From IMG/VR virus record IMGVR_UViG_3300022918_000010: 64,000 bases of DNA. The stretch is one strand, 5' to 3'. A model generated the notes under the pieces. The model was given only the letters and a program-made list of their open reading frames with translations. It had not been told where the DNA came from and did no database searches. The stretch comes from a virus (Duplodnaviria; Heunggongvirae; Uroviricota; Caudoviricetes). Below, piece after piece: positions 31,845 through 42,038 of the stretch (its first letter is position 1; every line of letters begins with the position of its first letter). A program made the translations under genes and the position numbers.

Positions 31845-33047
31845 TTAGTTAATTGTTGCCACTACATTAGTTGGTATACTACAAACACTCTGTGGAACAG
31901 ATGCAGTTTTTGGTACTGTTTTGTTACAAGTTAGTGTTCCATTTGTTAAACAAGATGCTAATGTAAAAGTAAATGTTCCTGAATTACTTAAAGGAGTATC
32001 TGCTACATTAACTGTTATAGGAGCTGGATTATTAGCAGCTACAGGTATATCTATATTTAAATTATAACTACCACCTAAACCATCACTAATATTCATAACT
32101 GATCCTGATGGATTACAGCTTGTAAATCCTGAAGGTATATTAGAATATCCTGAAAAGTATATTCTTAATGTTGCTCCATTATCTACTATAGTTACAATAT
32201 AATCAACTAATATATCTTGACATGTAATACTGCAACAAGTTTGTACTGCTTGTACTGCTGCTCTCATATCACATATTGTCAACCATAGATTTGTTAATGA
32301 ATCTGCAACTGTAGAAACAGTAGTTTTCCATCCAGCAATACTTGACATTGTTCCTGATCCACTTAATTTAGGACTAGTATTTAATGATGTACACTGATTA
32401 GTAATACCTTGTGATAATGCTGTAGGTGTACCTGTTACAGTTCTTAATTGACAGAATTGATCTTCAAGTGCTTCTAACACAATATCCATATCAGTAGCTA
32501 CTGCTGGAGTAACAACACAATTAGGAGTAACTTTTGGTAATACTACAACAGGTTCCTCATTTTCTAATGCTATTATTCTAGTCTCATGATTAGCTATAGT
32601 ACTAGTATGTTGATTTACTAAACTTTGTAATGTACATACTTTAATACCAATAGCTTTTGCATAATCAGAAACTTTCATGGAGGTAATCAAATCTCCATTC
32701 AAATCAGTTGTCTGAAAACAAGATGCTATAGTAACAATTACTTCTCCTGTATCTGGATCAGGACCTGGTGTTGGATCAATAGAACATAACTTATCTATTA
32801 TAAGTTGTAATATAATTTCTATTGTTCTTTCAGGATCTGATGTATTAACTAAACAGTCTAAATCTAGTACACTTAGATCATATTGATCTTTTACTTCACA
32901 TAATACTGTAGCCAATTCAAACATTACATCAGAAACAGTATCGCCTGTATTAACGTTGATACAATCAAGACAAGGGCCTTGATAAATTACACAATTAGAT
33001 GATACAGGTGTACATCCTTGATTTTTGATTGAATTAACTGATTTCAT
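31845..33047 (-). CDS. Cys-rich tail/fibre-associated structural protein
   Basis: 400 aa, 20 Cys; CVIYQGPCLDCINVNTGDTVSDV motif; short coiled coil (HTSTIANHETRIIALE). Confidence 0.55.
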   Translation of the reverse strand: MKSVNSIKNQGCTPVSSNCVIYQGPCLDCINVNTGDTVSDVMFELATVLCEVKDQYDLSVLDLDCLVNTSDPERTIEIILQLIIDKLCSIDPTPGPDPDTGEVIVTIASCFQTTDLNGDLITSMKVSDYAKAIGIKVCTLQSLVNQHTSTIANHETRIIALENEEPVVVLPKVTPNCVVTPAVATDMDIVLEALEDQFCQLRTVTGTPTALSQGITNQCTSLNTSPKLSGSGTMSSIAGWKTTVSTVADSLTNLWLTICDMRAAVQAVQTCCSITCQDILVDYIVTIVDNGATLRIYFSGYSNIPSGFTSCNPSGSVMNISDGLGGSYNLNIDIPVAANNPAPITVNVADTPLSNSGTFTFTLASCLTNGTLTCNKTVPKTASVPQSVCSIPTNVVATIN

Positions 33048-33048
33048 A

Positions 33049-33228
33049 TTATTCTGGTAAATCTTCTTGAGATGTAGTTTCTTCTCCAGGTACTTCTCTA
33101 ACTGTTTCTTTTTCAGAAGGAGGAATATTATTTAAGAAGTTTATAATAGGTAAGCCGTATTTAACAGGCATTTCTTGTATAAAAGAATCTAATTGTTTTA
33201 AATGTTCTTCTGATAATGTAATACTCAT
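33049..33228 (-). CDS. Small protein, possible tail-fibre assembly chaperone (59 aa)
   Basis: Hand-translated: MSITLSEEHLKQLDSFIQEMPVKYGLPIINFLNNIPP...; fills the gap exactly; below the ORF-track cutoff. Confidence 0.6.
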   Translation of the reverse strand: MSITLSEEHLKQLDSFIQEMPVKYGLPIINFLNNIPPSEKETVREVPGEETTSQEDLPE

Positions 33229-33249
33229 ATTATTGGTTTTATGTTACAA

Positions 33250-33259
33250 TATAATATAC
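33250..33259 (-). promoter_or_regulatory. Candidate late promoter core GTATATTATA
   Basis: Same core as 18482, 43896 and 59404; intergenic, 21 nt upstream of the ATG at 33228. Confidence 0.4.
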
Positions 33260-33288
33260 AAATAATTATCAATAATACCTTTAAAAGA

Positions 33289-33804
33289 TTACGTTAAGTT
33301 TAACTCTACTAATTTTGTTATAATATTGGTACTAGTAGATAACCCCCCAAATTGAGCAGTAACTGCTAAAGTTTGATCTACTGTAGTATCAACAGTCCAA
33401 CTAGTATCTGTTATTAAAAAACTTGAAGATAATCCAGCAAATATTAATAATCCACTATTATTTAATACTTTAACAGTTACATATTGATTACTAGTTCCTT
33501 GATTAGCAATCTTAGCTTCTATAAGTAAGGGTCTATCAGTTAAATTAGCTGATATTAATCCAGTAGCTAACACTACGGATGCTGATCCAAATTCTAATCT
33601 TAATGCTAAAGAAGGTATTGATAAAGCAGGAGTAGTTAATTGACAAGTTAATTCTAATTTTAATATTTTATTACTACCCATCTTTCCTCCTGGTATTACA
33701 GTAGTGAACAATGGACTTTTATTAATTGTATTAGATATTGTATTTCCAGCAGTTTCCATAACTGCGTATCCTCTATTTCCTTCTAATTTTGTTGTATTTG
33801 GCAT
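33289..33804 (-). CDS. Hypothetical beta-rich structural protein
   Basis: 171 aa, Thr/Leu/Val-rich beta-strand pattern, directly after the tail spikes. Confidence 0.5.
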   Translation of the reverse strand: MPNTTKLEGNRGYAVMETAGNTISNTINKSPLFTTVIPGGKMGSNKILKLELTCQLTTPALSIPSLALRLEFGSASVVLATGLISANLTDRPLLIEAKIANQGTSNQYVTVKVLNNSGLLIFAGLSSSFLITDTSWTVDTTVDQTLAVTAQFGGLSTSTNIITKLVELNLT

Positions 33805-33811
33805 ATACTTT

Positions 33812-36800
33812 CTATGCTATAGTTAACGTTCCTCTATTTGCTACAATACTCCACTCATTAGTAGTTATTTTTTCAACTACAACAGTATCATATCTTGATT
33901 GTGCCTGAAGATATCCAGCAGTTCCTACTGTGGTATCACTTGCTCCATGGATAACTTGTAATGCATTCTGAGCTAATCTCCATAATCCAGCTCCTAAACC
34001 TCTTATTGCTACTTGATCACCTATATTAGCATTTACATCCAAAGGAAGTGTAATTGTAACAAGTGCAGCATTATTTGTAATGTATTTAGTATTAACAGTT
34101 GCTTGTTGTGTAGTTGTTGTTACAGTAACAGGAGTATTAGGTAAATTAGCTTTTAAATCTAATTCTGTCTTACGAACGACATCATTTGGATTAGTAGGGG
34201 CTACTGCAACCGTAAGTTTACCAGTATTACCTATTAATCTAACTGCTTCTGTTGTTACATTGTTTAATGTAGTTCCTGAACCTCCAGGTGCTTGATAATA
34301 GAAAATAATATCTCCAGTTGCTCCTGATCCAGTTGCTGCACCACCTCTAATATGTATTGGCCTTCCACCACCATTGGTACCAGAACCTGAACCTCCGTAT
34401 AAACTTAAACTGTTAAAAATAGTAATCCCATTATTATTTCCTATTCCTCCTCCAACTATACTAGATGTTACAATATTAGCTGAAGAATCCATTACAAAAT
34501 ACCTTTGGCCAGCACCACCAACAGAATTAAGTAAGTCACCACCCATAAGAGGATCACCAAAACTTGCATTCCAAAATCCTCCATATCCAAATACAATTGG
34601 ACCTACATTTGGAGATATAGATATTCCATTTATAACAGCATTACCTGTACCTATTCTTAATTGAAGTGTTTTTGCTTGTCCAGCATTTGACCCATCATTT
34701 CCTATCTGACCTCCTAAGATATTTGGGTTATCTGTAAAAAGAATTCTGTTCCTAATATTTAAATCTTGAGCTCTCCCTACTCCACTTATATTGAAGTTAC
34801 TATTTGCTTGTAATATTGTTGTATTTTGAATACTACCTGTTATATCTGCTTTTAGATCAAGTTCTAGTTTTCTAACAACATCTGTTGGATTGGTTGGTGC
34901 TATAGATACTGTAGCTTTACCTATTATATCTAATCCAAATTCAGATAAAGAAGCTCCAATTTGTTCTACTATAGAGTTATTTGGAGTAATAAAAAAATCA
35001 AATCTTGTACCTCCAGCGGTTGCAGAATGTAATTGTGTTGCAATTGCCTTAATAGATGCCACAGCAAAACCTGGAGCAACAATATATGGAGTAACAGGTG
35101 GTTCAGGAGCACTACTTATAGAATATTGTCCAACTAGACCATTGTTAAGTACTTTGTAACCAGGAAAACTCCTTGCATTGAATTGTTTGTTTTCACTAGA
35201 ACTTGCTTCTGCTGTAACAACCGCATCAGGAACCATTGTAGTTGCACTTTTTCCTACTGACATTTTTCCGCTTTGGAAAATGTTCACATAAGCAGAACTA
35301 AATACATCTGTGTCTGTCCTACTTGAAATAGCTAATATATTTCCAAATGTAGCATTAGGTATACTAGTAATATATAAATTCTTTTGATTAGCTGGTGAAA
35401 CACTATTAGGTTGTACAAATTTAACTTGATTTCCATTAAGATCTACACTTTCTAAAGTTGTTGGATTTGTAAAAGATGCTAGAGCAGAAGTAGCTGGAGA
35501 ATTAGTCCCTATACCTATTTTTTCTGCACCTGTGTATTCAAAACCAATCTCATCTATATATGGTGCAGTTGTACCTCCTTTAAATATAATAAGTCTTAGT
35601 CCTTGATCTAAGGTTAAAGAATTTTGACGAACAGTACTTGTTGTAACATTTATTACTTGATCTGTCTTACTAATATTTGCTCCGTAGTTAACAGTAAGAA
35701 CTCTTGTACCACTTGCTGACCTCACTTTAAGGTACATGGTTACTTTTTGTTTTACATTGATAACCATATACCTATATCCGTTTGCTGGTATATTTATAAA
35801 ATTACCATATATAGAGTTTGCAGAAGCTACGGATTCCCCATAAGTACCTAATAAACCATTATAAGCACTATATTTTTCTGAACCTGATATATTGAATGGA
35901 GTTTTACCTCTATCTGTAAATAGTCCTGCTGCTTGACTCCCCCATTCAGCTAATGCAGTAGAATTTAAATGAGGACTAGATTTAGATAAGTAAATATTAC
36001 CTATCCAACTCATAATTTCTTTAGGGTCTATTATTCCTAAATTATATTGTTCTGCTAATTCCTGTAAAACTTGTCCATATAACCTAACTTTTAAGTCATT
36101 AGTATAAGTTGGATCACTAGTAGGTAAAGAAATAACTACATAAGCACCTTGATTTAAATGCTTTTTAATAATAGCTATCATATTAGCTTTAAACAAATTA
36201 ATGTTTATAATTCCTGCTTTACCTCCATAATTATTAGCATCATTTGCGGCATACTCTAATATGACGGCATCTACAGCTGATGCTGCATTCCATCTAGTAA
36301 ACCAATCAGAAGTTTGATCTCCTGGATATCCCCTGTTGATAACAGTATTAGCAATACCAATAGATGTCAATACAGATGACATTGTTTCAGGATAAGGATA
36401 ATCTGATCTTAAATTAGTAGAACCATTAATAGCGGGTGTTGTTCCACTACCATCTTGTCCATAAGTAATACTAGTACCCTCACAAGCTATTGTAACAGGA
36501 GTTCCTAATCTTACTTTTTCATAATAAGCATTAGCATTATTTTTACCAATAGAAGCTAAACCATCATTTACTGCATCTACAGTAACATATTTAACTCCAG
36601 TACCATCAGTCAATAATGAATTTTGTTTATTTGCTGTAAGTTCAATACTACTATCTATGTGAGCAGAGGTAACTTTATTCCAAATAGGAGCTACTCCAAC
36701 ACCTTGTGATATTAGAACATTTCCTGTTGCTACAGCTGCTCTTTTTGATAAAGCAGTAGTAGTACTAGCATATAATAAATCTCCTATTGCATAAGTAGCT

Positions 36801-39262
36801 GTTCCAGTTCCACCATGTATTGCATCAATAACAGGTAAATCTAAATTATCTATTGATCTTGAACTAAATGCACCAGTTGCTCCAGTAGGTGTAGCTAAGA
36901 ATTTACGTTGTCCTCTATCTGTTATAGCATTTATACTAATAACCTGTCTATTTTGACCATCACCAATTATTACTTGATTTGATAACGCAGTACCTAATCC
37001 AGAGTATATACCTCCAAGGATTGTATTATAATCACCAGTAAGAATACCAAGACCTGCACGATAACCTGCAAATAAGTTATTACTACCTCTTACTAAGTTA
37101 AGTCCACTTTGGTAACCAAAACCTCCATTATAATCTCCATATAAGAAATCTCTAAATGTTTGATAACCTAACCCACTATTTCCTCTACCATATACAAAAT
37201 TGGTATATGCTTCTTTACCAAATGCTGATGTATTTGTAGCAGTAGTTATACTAGCTAAAGTATCACCACCTATACCTGTATTTCCTCCTCCACCAAAGGC
37301 ACCACCTACTGCTAAAGAACCTACAGCACCACTACCTAAAAATATATCTCCACTAGCAACTCTTAACTGTAAGTTATCAAAAGTAGTACTTCCAGGTCCT
37401 CCACCACTAATTATAGCTCCATATAAACTTAGAATTTTGATTGATACATATACAGTACCATTAAAAGTAGCAGTAGGTGTTATAATTAAATCTCCAGTAG
37501 TTTCAGGTTTGGGTGCTAATGTTAATGTACCACTTGTTTGTGTACCTAATGCTACTCCACCTAATGAAACATCTATAGATCCCGTAGTTCTGTTTGTAAT
37601 AATGAATTTAACTAGATAAGATGTGCCTACAGTAATTGGAACTGTTTTAGTTAATGGTGTAATATCAGCACCTGAAGTGTGTGTAAATCCAGTAATAAAA
37701 TCACCAGACCATCCTTGAGTTAATATCCAATCGTTTCCAGTTAAAATTTCATCACTCTGAATAGCTCCAAAAGTTTTACTACCTAATTGGAAACGTTGTC
37801 TTCCTCTTAACCAAGTATCATGTAAAAAAGTATTACCTCCTACATTTAAATCTCTGAAAACATTTAATGCATTTGTATTTATTGTACCTTGAGTATTTAA
37901 TTTAATATCTTGAGTATTGTAATACTCATCAGGTAAAGCTTCAATAATAGCTTTTGCTACCATTGGATGACCCTTATCAGCAGAATAATGTATGTTATCT
38001 ATAGTACTATCTATATAGTTATTTTGGAATAAAGTAAATAAATCTATATAGTTAACACCCCAAGTTTGGGCAACTGTTTCTATAGCTACTTTATAATTTG
38101 GACCTCTTGTAATTGTATTTGTACTTTCTTCACTATAAGGCATTGAGCAAATAAATATTCTATTCGCTGGCCATCCTAGTACATTAATCAATCTATCTAT
38201 ACATTCATTATATTGAGTTATAAATGCAGGAGTTTGATAAACCGATCCAATAGGTTTTCTAATATCATTAGTACCAATAAGAAATATATATGCAGGAGTA
38301 CTAATTGGATCTATATAAGTTGTAAAATCTGCCATATTAGCATGTACAGAATTATCTCCTGTAGTTACTTCTTGTAAATTTCTACTACCTACTGAATGAT
38401 TTATCAAAGTAACATTTAATGCATCAGCTATTAATAAAGGCCAACCTTTAAAAGGTCCAACTGGATTAGTAGATCCATTACTATCACTTTCTATAGATAT
38501 GAATCTTTGTCCTATTGAATACTGACTATAATCAGTATCTGCTCTTAATTCAATACTATTAGTTGTAATGCCCTTTTCTGCTTCTGTTACATCTTGTAAA
38601 TTAAGATCAACATCAATATATTCATCTATATTATTAGCATGTATAATTTCATATTGTTGATCTTCATCGGCATCAAATTGAATTATTACTCTTTTATCTC
38701 CAGCAGGTGCTGTTAATATTCTAGATTTTTCTACAAAATTACCTTCCTCATCAATATATGTCCAAACTATATCTCCACTATCTTGATCTGGACTATTTGG
38801 ATCTGCAACAAAATATAAATTTAAACCATTACTAATAAATAGGTTTTCTTTTATATCCATATGAAACAATCCAATAGCTTTCCAGTTAATCATATCATTA
38901 CTAGGAGGCTGATTGTTATTATCTACAAGAGATTGAAATAAATAGGTAGTATTATTTACTTGATAAGCATAAAAAGAAAATTTAGGAACTATACTTCCTG
39001 GAACATAATAATCTATTGTAGATAGTTTTTTTTCTACTAATTGATTATCTAATATGCCATCTCTCCACCAGTATTCTGTTAATTGACCATCTTTTAATAT
39101 ATAGATAGTTAGACCTCTATTTCTATAGGTTAACTTATCACTAGCTAATGCTTCAGCTATATTATTCCAAGGTCTCCACACACCAGATTGAAAAACACCT
39201 GTTTTGTCATTCTGATCTTTTGGAGATTTATTAAAAATATTATCATTAAGTGTTATAGACAT
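33812..39262 (-). CDS. Tail spike / receptor-binding protein with two SGNH (GDSL) hydrolase domains and Gly/Asn beta-helical repeats
   Basis: SGNH-1: ESDSNG...INHSVGS...IGTND...DNIH. SGNH-2: EGTSITYG...INRGYPG...YAAND...SPH. Repeats of the type NTGIG/NSGLG/NGGFG/NLFAG; 1816 aa. Confidence 0.8.
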   Translation of the reverse strand: MSITLNDNIFNKSPKDQNDKTGVFQSGVWRPWNNIAEALASDKLTYRNRGLTIYILKDGQLTEYWWRDGILDNQLVEKKLSTIDYYVPGSIVPKFSFYAYQVNNTTYLFQSLVDNNNQPPSNDMINWKAIGLFHMDIKENLFISNGLNLYFVADPNSPDQDSGDIVWTYIDEEGNFVEKSRILTAPAGDKRVIIQFDADEDQQYEIIHANNIDEYIDVDLNLQDVTEAEKGITTNSIELRADTDYSQYSIGQRFISIESDSNGSTNPVGPFKGWPLLIADALNVTLINHSVGSRNLQEVTTGDNSVHANMADFTTYIDPISTPAYIFLIGTNDIRKPIGSVYQTPAFITQYNECIDRLINVLGWPANRIFICSMPYSEESTNTITRGPNYKVAIETVAQTWGVNYIDLFTLFQNNYIDSTIDNIHYSADKGHPMVAKAIIEALPDEYYNTQDIKLNTQGTINTNALNVFRDLNVGGNTFLHDTWLRGRQRFQLGSKTFGAIQSDEILTGNDWILTQGWSGDFITGFTHTSGADITPLTKTVPITVGTSYLVKFIITNRTTGSIDVSLGGVALGTQTSGTLTLAPKPETTGDLIITPTATFNGTVYVSIKILSLYGAIISGGGPGSTTFDNLQLRVASGDIFLGSGAVGSLAVGGAFGGGGNTGIGGDTLASITTATNTSAFGKEAYTNFVYGRGNSGLGYQTFRDFLYGDYNGGFGYQSGLNLVRGSNNLFAGYRAGLGILTGDYNTILGGIYSGLGTALSNQVIIGDGQNRQVISINAITDRGQRKFLATPTGATGAFSSRSIDNLDLPVIDAIHGGTGTATYAIGDLLYASTTTALSKRAAVATGNVLISQGVGVAPIWNKVTSAHIDSSIELTANKQNSLLTDGTGVKYVTVDAVNDGLASIGKNNANAYYEKVRLGTPVTIACEGTSITYGQDGSGTTPAINGSTNLRSDYPYPETMSSVLTSIGIANTVINRGYPGDQTSDWFTRWNAASAVDAVILEYAANDANNYGGKAGIININLFKANMIAIIKKHLNQGAYVVISLPTSDPTYTNDLKVRLYGQVLQELAEQYNLGIIDPKEIMSWIGNIYLSKSSPHLNSTALAEWGSQAAGLFTDRGKTPFNISGSEKYSAYNGLLGTYGESVASANSIYGNFINIPANGYRYMVINVKQKVTMYLKVRSASGTRVLTVNYGANISKTDQVINVTTSTVRQNSLTLDQGLRLIIFKGGTTAPYIDEIGFEYTGAEKIGIGTNSPATSALASFTNPTTLESVDLNGNQVKFVQPNSVSPANQKNLYITSIPNATFGNILAISSRTDTDVFSSAYVNIFQSGKMSVGKSATTMVPDAVVTAEASSSENKQFNARSFPGYKVLNNGLVGQYSISSAPEPPVTPYIVAPGFAVASIKAIATQLHSATAGGTRFDFFITPNNSIVEQIGASLSEFGLDIIGKATVSIAPTNPTDVVRKLELDLKADITGSIQNTTILQANSNFNISGVGRAQDLNIRNRILFTDNPNILGGQIGNDGSNAGQAKTLQLRIGTGNAVINGISISPNVGPIVFGYGGFWNASFGDPLMGGDLLNSVGGAGQRYFVMDSSANIVTSSIVGGGIGNNNGITIFNSLSLYGGSGSGTNGGGRPIHIRGGAATGSGATGDIIFYYQAPGGSGTTLNNVTTEAVRLIGNTGKLTVAVAPTNPNDVVRKTELDLKANLPNTPVTVTTTTQQATVNTKYITNNAALVTITLPLDVNANIGDQVAIRGLGAGLWRLAQNALQVIHGASDTTVGTAGYLQAQSRYDTVVVEKITTNEWSIVANRGTLTIA
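34145..34216 (-). repeat. Internal repeat copy 2 in tail spike (LTVAVAPTNPNDVVRKTELDLKAN)
   Basis: Near-identical peptide to ATVSIAPTNPTDVVRKLELDLKAD at ~34846-34915. Confidence 0.75.
34846..34915 (-). repeat. Internal repeat copy 1 in tail spike
   Basis: Near-identical peptide to the copy at 34145-34216. Confidence 0.75.
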
Positions 39263-39272
39263 TTTTTTATGA

Positions 39273-42038
39273 TTACCAAGTTGTTAAGGCTGTTCTTACC
39301 CAAGTATTAGTTGCTGTACACACATATATAAATCCAGATGTTACTCTTATTTCTCCTGTAGTACCAGTTGATGTACTACTAGCAGGTGCAGTATTTAATG
39401 CTGACAAACTATAAGCTGGACTAGTTACAACACCTGTAAATATAGGTGAAGCTATATTAGCCTTTAAATTATCTGCTGCTGTAGCAAAAGCAGTAGTAGC
39501 AATTTGGGTAGTATTAGTACCTGGTGTTGCTGTAGTTGACAATGGTGTACCTGTAAATGTAGGAGAAGCTGTAATAGCAATTGTAGTATCTACCTGAGCA
39601 GATGTAACTTTACCCCAAATAGGTGCTACCCCAACACCCTGTGATAATAATACACTACCAGTAGCTACAGCAGCTCTTCTTGCAAGCGTTGTTGTAGTAG
39701 CTGCATAAGTCAAATCACCTATAGCATAAACACTTATACCATTACCACCATGTATAACATCTACAACAGGTAGATCCAAATTATCTATTACTCTAGAACC
39801 AAAAGGTCCTGTAGCTCCTGTTGGGGTTGCTAAGAATCTTCTTTGTACTCTTGATCCTGCTGCAACCACAATTATAGGGTTATTGTTACCATCTGCTAAA
39901 TACAGAGTATTTGACATTGCTGGATCACTAATATTTAAGTTAGCACCTATAATGGTATTCTGAGAACCTGTTGTGAGTCCATTTCCAGAATTCCAGCCAA
40001 TAATTGTGTTTAAAACTCCTGTAGTTAAAGTTGGTGCAACTCCACTACCTATATATGTACCTTGTATTCCTGTAGATAAATTAGCTGCATTGTAGCCAAT
40101 ACCAACCAAACCAAATCCATCTCTTATTGAGGCTAATGCTCCTTGTCCTATAGCAGTACTACCCCAGGCTTTTTGCATTCTATTTCCTGCACTGGTTCCT
40201 ACTAGTACATTTAAATATCCTTCAGTTAAACTAGAGCCTGCATTATTACCAAAGACTGTATTTCCTGTAGCTGAGTTACCAGTAGTTCTATATAAATATT
40301 TACCCGCATCTCTACCAATAAATAAATTATTATAATCTGTATTACTATGCACACCAGATAATGGTACTCTAACCTCAAATCCTCCATAAAGAGTTTGAAT
40401 AAATGAATCTAATCCAACAACTGGTCTGATTGATATTTTATAAATTCCATCAAGAGTACTAGATGGTACCATTGTAAATGGTTCGACTGTAGTAGCCTTA
40501 AAAATAGTTTGTTGAGTTACAAATCCATTGTTAATAGTTCCCCCCGCAAAAGTTGTAGCAACTGTTCCTGCTGTTCTTCCTGTAACAGTTAAACTTACAG
40601 AGTAAGTTGTGCCAATTACAGGTATAAAATCACTAACTAAAGATTCTATGTTACCAGGAGTATGTAACATACCTGATGTATTATCTCCACTCCAACCAGC
40701 ACCTAATGTGAAGGTTGTTGTTAGTTCATCACCTACTTTTTGAGCTTGTGTATCATATAAGCTAAAACCTCTATGGTAAGTATCCTCTATAAAACTAGCT
40801 CCCTCTACCTGAAGATCTCCTCTTATAATACCTTTATTACTAGTTATAGTTCCTTCAACCTTGAGTTTATCTGCTCCATAGGTATAGAACTCATTTAACG
40901 GTAAAGAGTTTTTTATTAAATCACGTAAGAATGGATGACCTACATCGGGACTAAGATGAATATTATCTCCTCTTAAATAAGCTTTATTATTGTAAGCTCT
41001 AAGAGGTACAGATGCTGTGTAGAAATCAATAAGATTTACACCTTTATTAGTAGCAACTTCAGTCATTAAATCTCTTATAAGTAAAAGATTTGTGTAGATA
41101 TTACCTACTCCTGATTCACTAAACTCCCCTCTGTAAAAAGCATTAACAATATATATTCTATTGGCTGGCCAACCTAATGTTATTGTAGCATAATCAATAA
41201 TCTCATTATAAGAATTAGTAAATCGTGCAGTACCAAAAGGATTATATGCTGCATCGTTAGTCCCTAATTGTATGATCATTACTGGTGTAGCAATTGGGTC
41301 TATGTAAGGAAGCATTTGTGTCATCCTAGCATATAGAGAATTGTCATTACCAGCTGGAGGCATTGTTGCTGGCATCAGCTTTTGATTTGGAATTGAAAAT
41401 CCTCCTATAGTAACATTTAAGTCTTTAGCAAGTAAAATAGGCCATGCATTAAATGGATATGATTGAGAACCCACTCCTGATGCTCCATTACTATCACTGT
41501 AAATAGGTATTACCCTGTTAACAGCTGAGTAAATTGAATATGTTGGATCTGTTAATAGATTTATTTCCTCTAAAGAATTATTACCTTCTTTCAGTACTTC
41601 ATCTAAGTTCTGATCACCTGTATTATTACCTGAAAGATTAGGAGCTGATATATTACCTGTAAAATTTGCTCCAGTAAGATTTACTTTTGTATCTAATAAA
41701 TTATCTATCTGTGTTATTGTATAATAATCAGTAAGATCTCCTCCACCACTAGATTTAGAGTTTAAATCAGAATCTGCTATACCATCCTTAAACCACCAAA
41801 CAGAGTTTGATCCACCAATAACTACACCTTCTGTTAAAGTACCACCTGTATTAATTAATATATCAAAATTACCTTTTCTATTATCTCCAATAAAGTAATT
41901 TAATACCTCATTATTAGATATAAATGGTCTATATTTAAAATAAACTTTATCATAAAACATAAATTTACCATCCAGAGGCTTATCATATGCACCTAAAGGT
42001 ATATTTTGAGCTGAATGATCTGTTGGATTATATGGCAT
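39273..42038 (-). CDS. Second tail spike / receptor-binding protein with one SGNH hydrolase domain; paralog of 33812-39262
   Basis: YSDSNG...LGTND...DNIH; same Gly/Asn repeats; shares an ~85-aa block FLATPTGATG...KVTSA with the larger spike. Confidence 0.8.
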   Translation of the reverse strand: MPYNPTDHSAQNIPLGAYDKPLDGKFMFYDKVYFKYRPFISNNEVLNYFIGDNRKGNFDILINTGGTLTEGVVIGGSNSVWWFKDGIADSDLNSKSSGGGDLTDYYTITQIDNLLDTKVNLTGANFTGNISAPNLSGNNTGDQNLDEVLKEGNNSLEEINLLTDPTYSIYSAVNRVIPIYSDSNGASGVGSQSYPFNAWPILLAKDLNVTIGGFSIPNQKLMPATMPPAGNDNSLYARMTQMLPYIDPIATPVMIIQLGTNDAAYNPFGTARFTNSYNEIIDYATITLGWPANRIYIVNAFYRGEFSESGVGNIYTNLLLIRDLMTEVATNKGVNLIDFYTASVPLRAYNNKAYLRGDNIHLSPDVGHPFLRDLIKNSLPLNEFYTYGADKLKVEGTITSNKGIIRGDLQVEGASFIEDTYHRGFSLYDTQAQKVGDELTTTFTLGAGWSGDNTSGMLHTPGNIESLVSDFIPVIGTTYSVSLTVTGRTAGTVATTFAGGTINNGFVTQQTIFKATTVEPFTMVPSSTLDGIYKISIRPVVGLDSFIQTLYGGFEVRVPLSGVHSNTDYNNLFIGRDAGKYLYRTTGNSATGNTVFGNNAGSSLTEGYLNVLVGTSAGNRMQKAWGSTAIGQGALASIRDGFGLVGIGYNAANLSTGIQGTYIGSGVAPTLTTGVLNTIIGWNSGNGLTTGSQNTIIGANLNISDPAMSNTLYLADGNNNPIIVVAAGSRVQRRFLATPTGATGPFGSRVIDNLDLPVVDVIHGGNGISVYAIGDLTYAATTTTLARRAAVATGSVLLSQGVGVAPIWGKVTSAQVDTTIAITASPTFTGTPLSTTATPGTNTTQIATTAFATAADNLKANIASPIFTGVVTSPAYSLSALNTAPASSTSTGTTGEIRVTSGFIYVCTATNTWVRTALTTW

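Noticed and set aside
36655-39850. Diversity-generating retroelement template/variable repeat pair in the tail spikes
   Set aside because: Differences between the duplicated blocks are mostly synonymous and not adenine-specific, and no reverse transcriptase is in the window.
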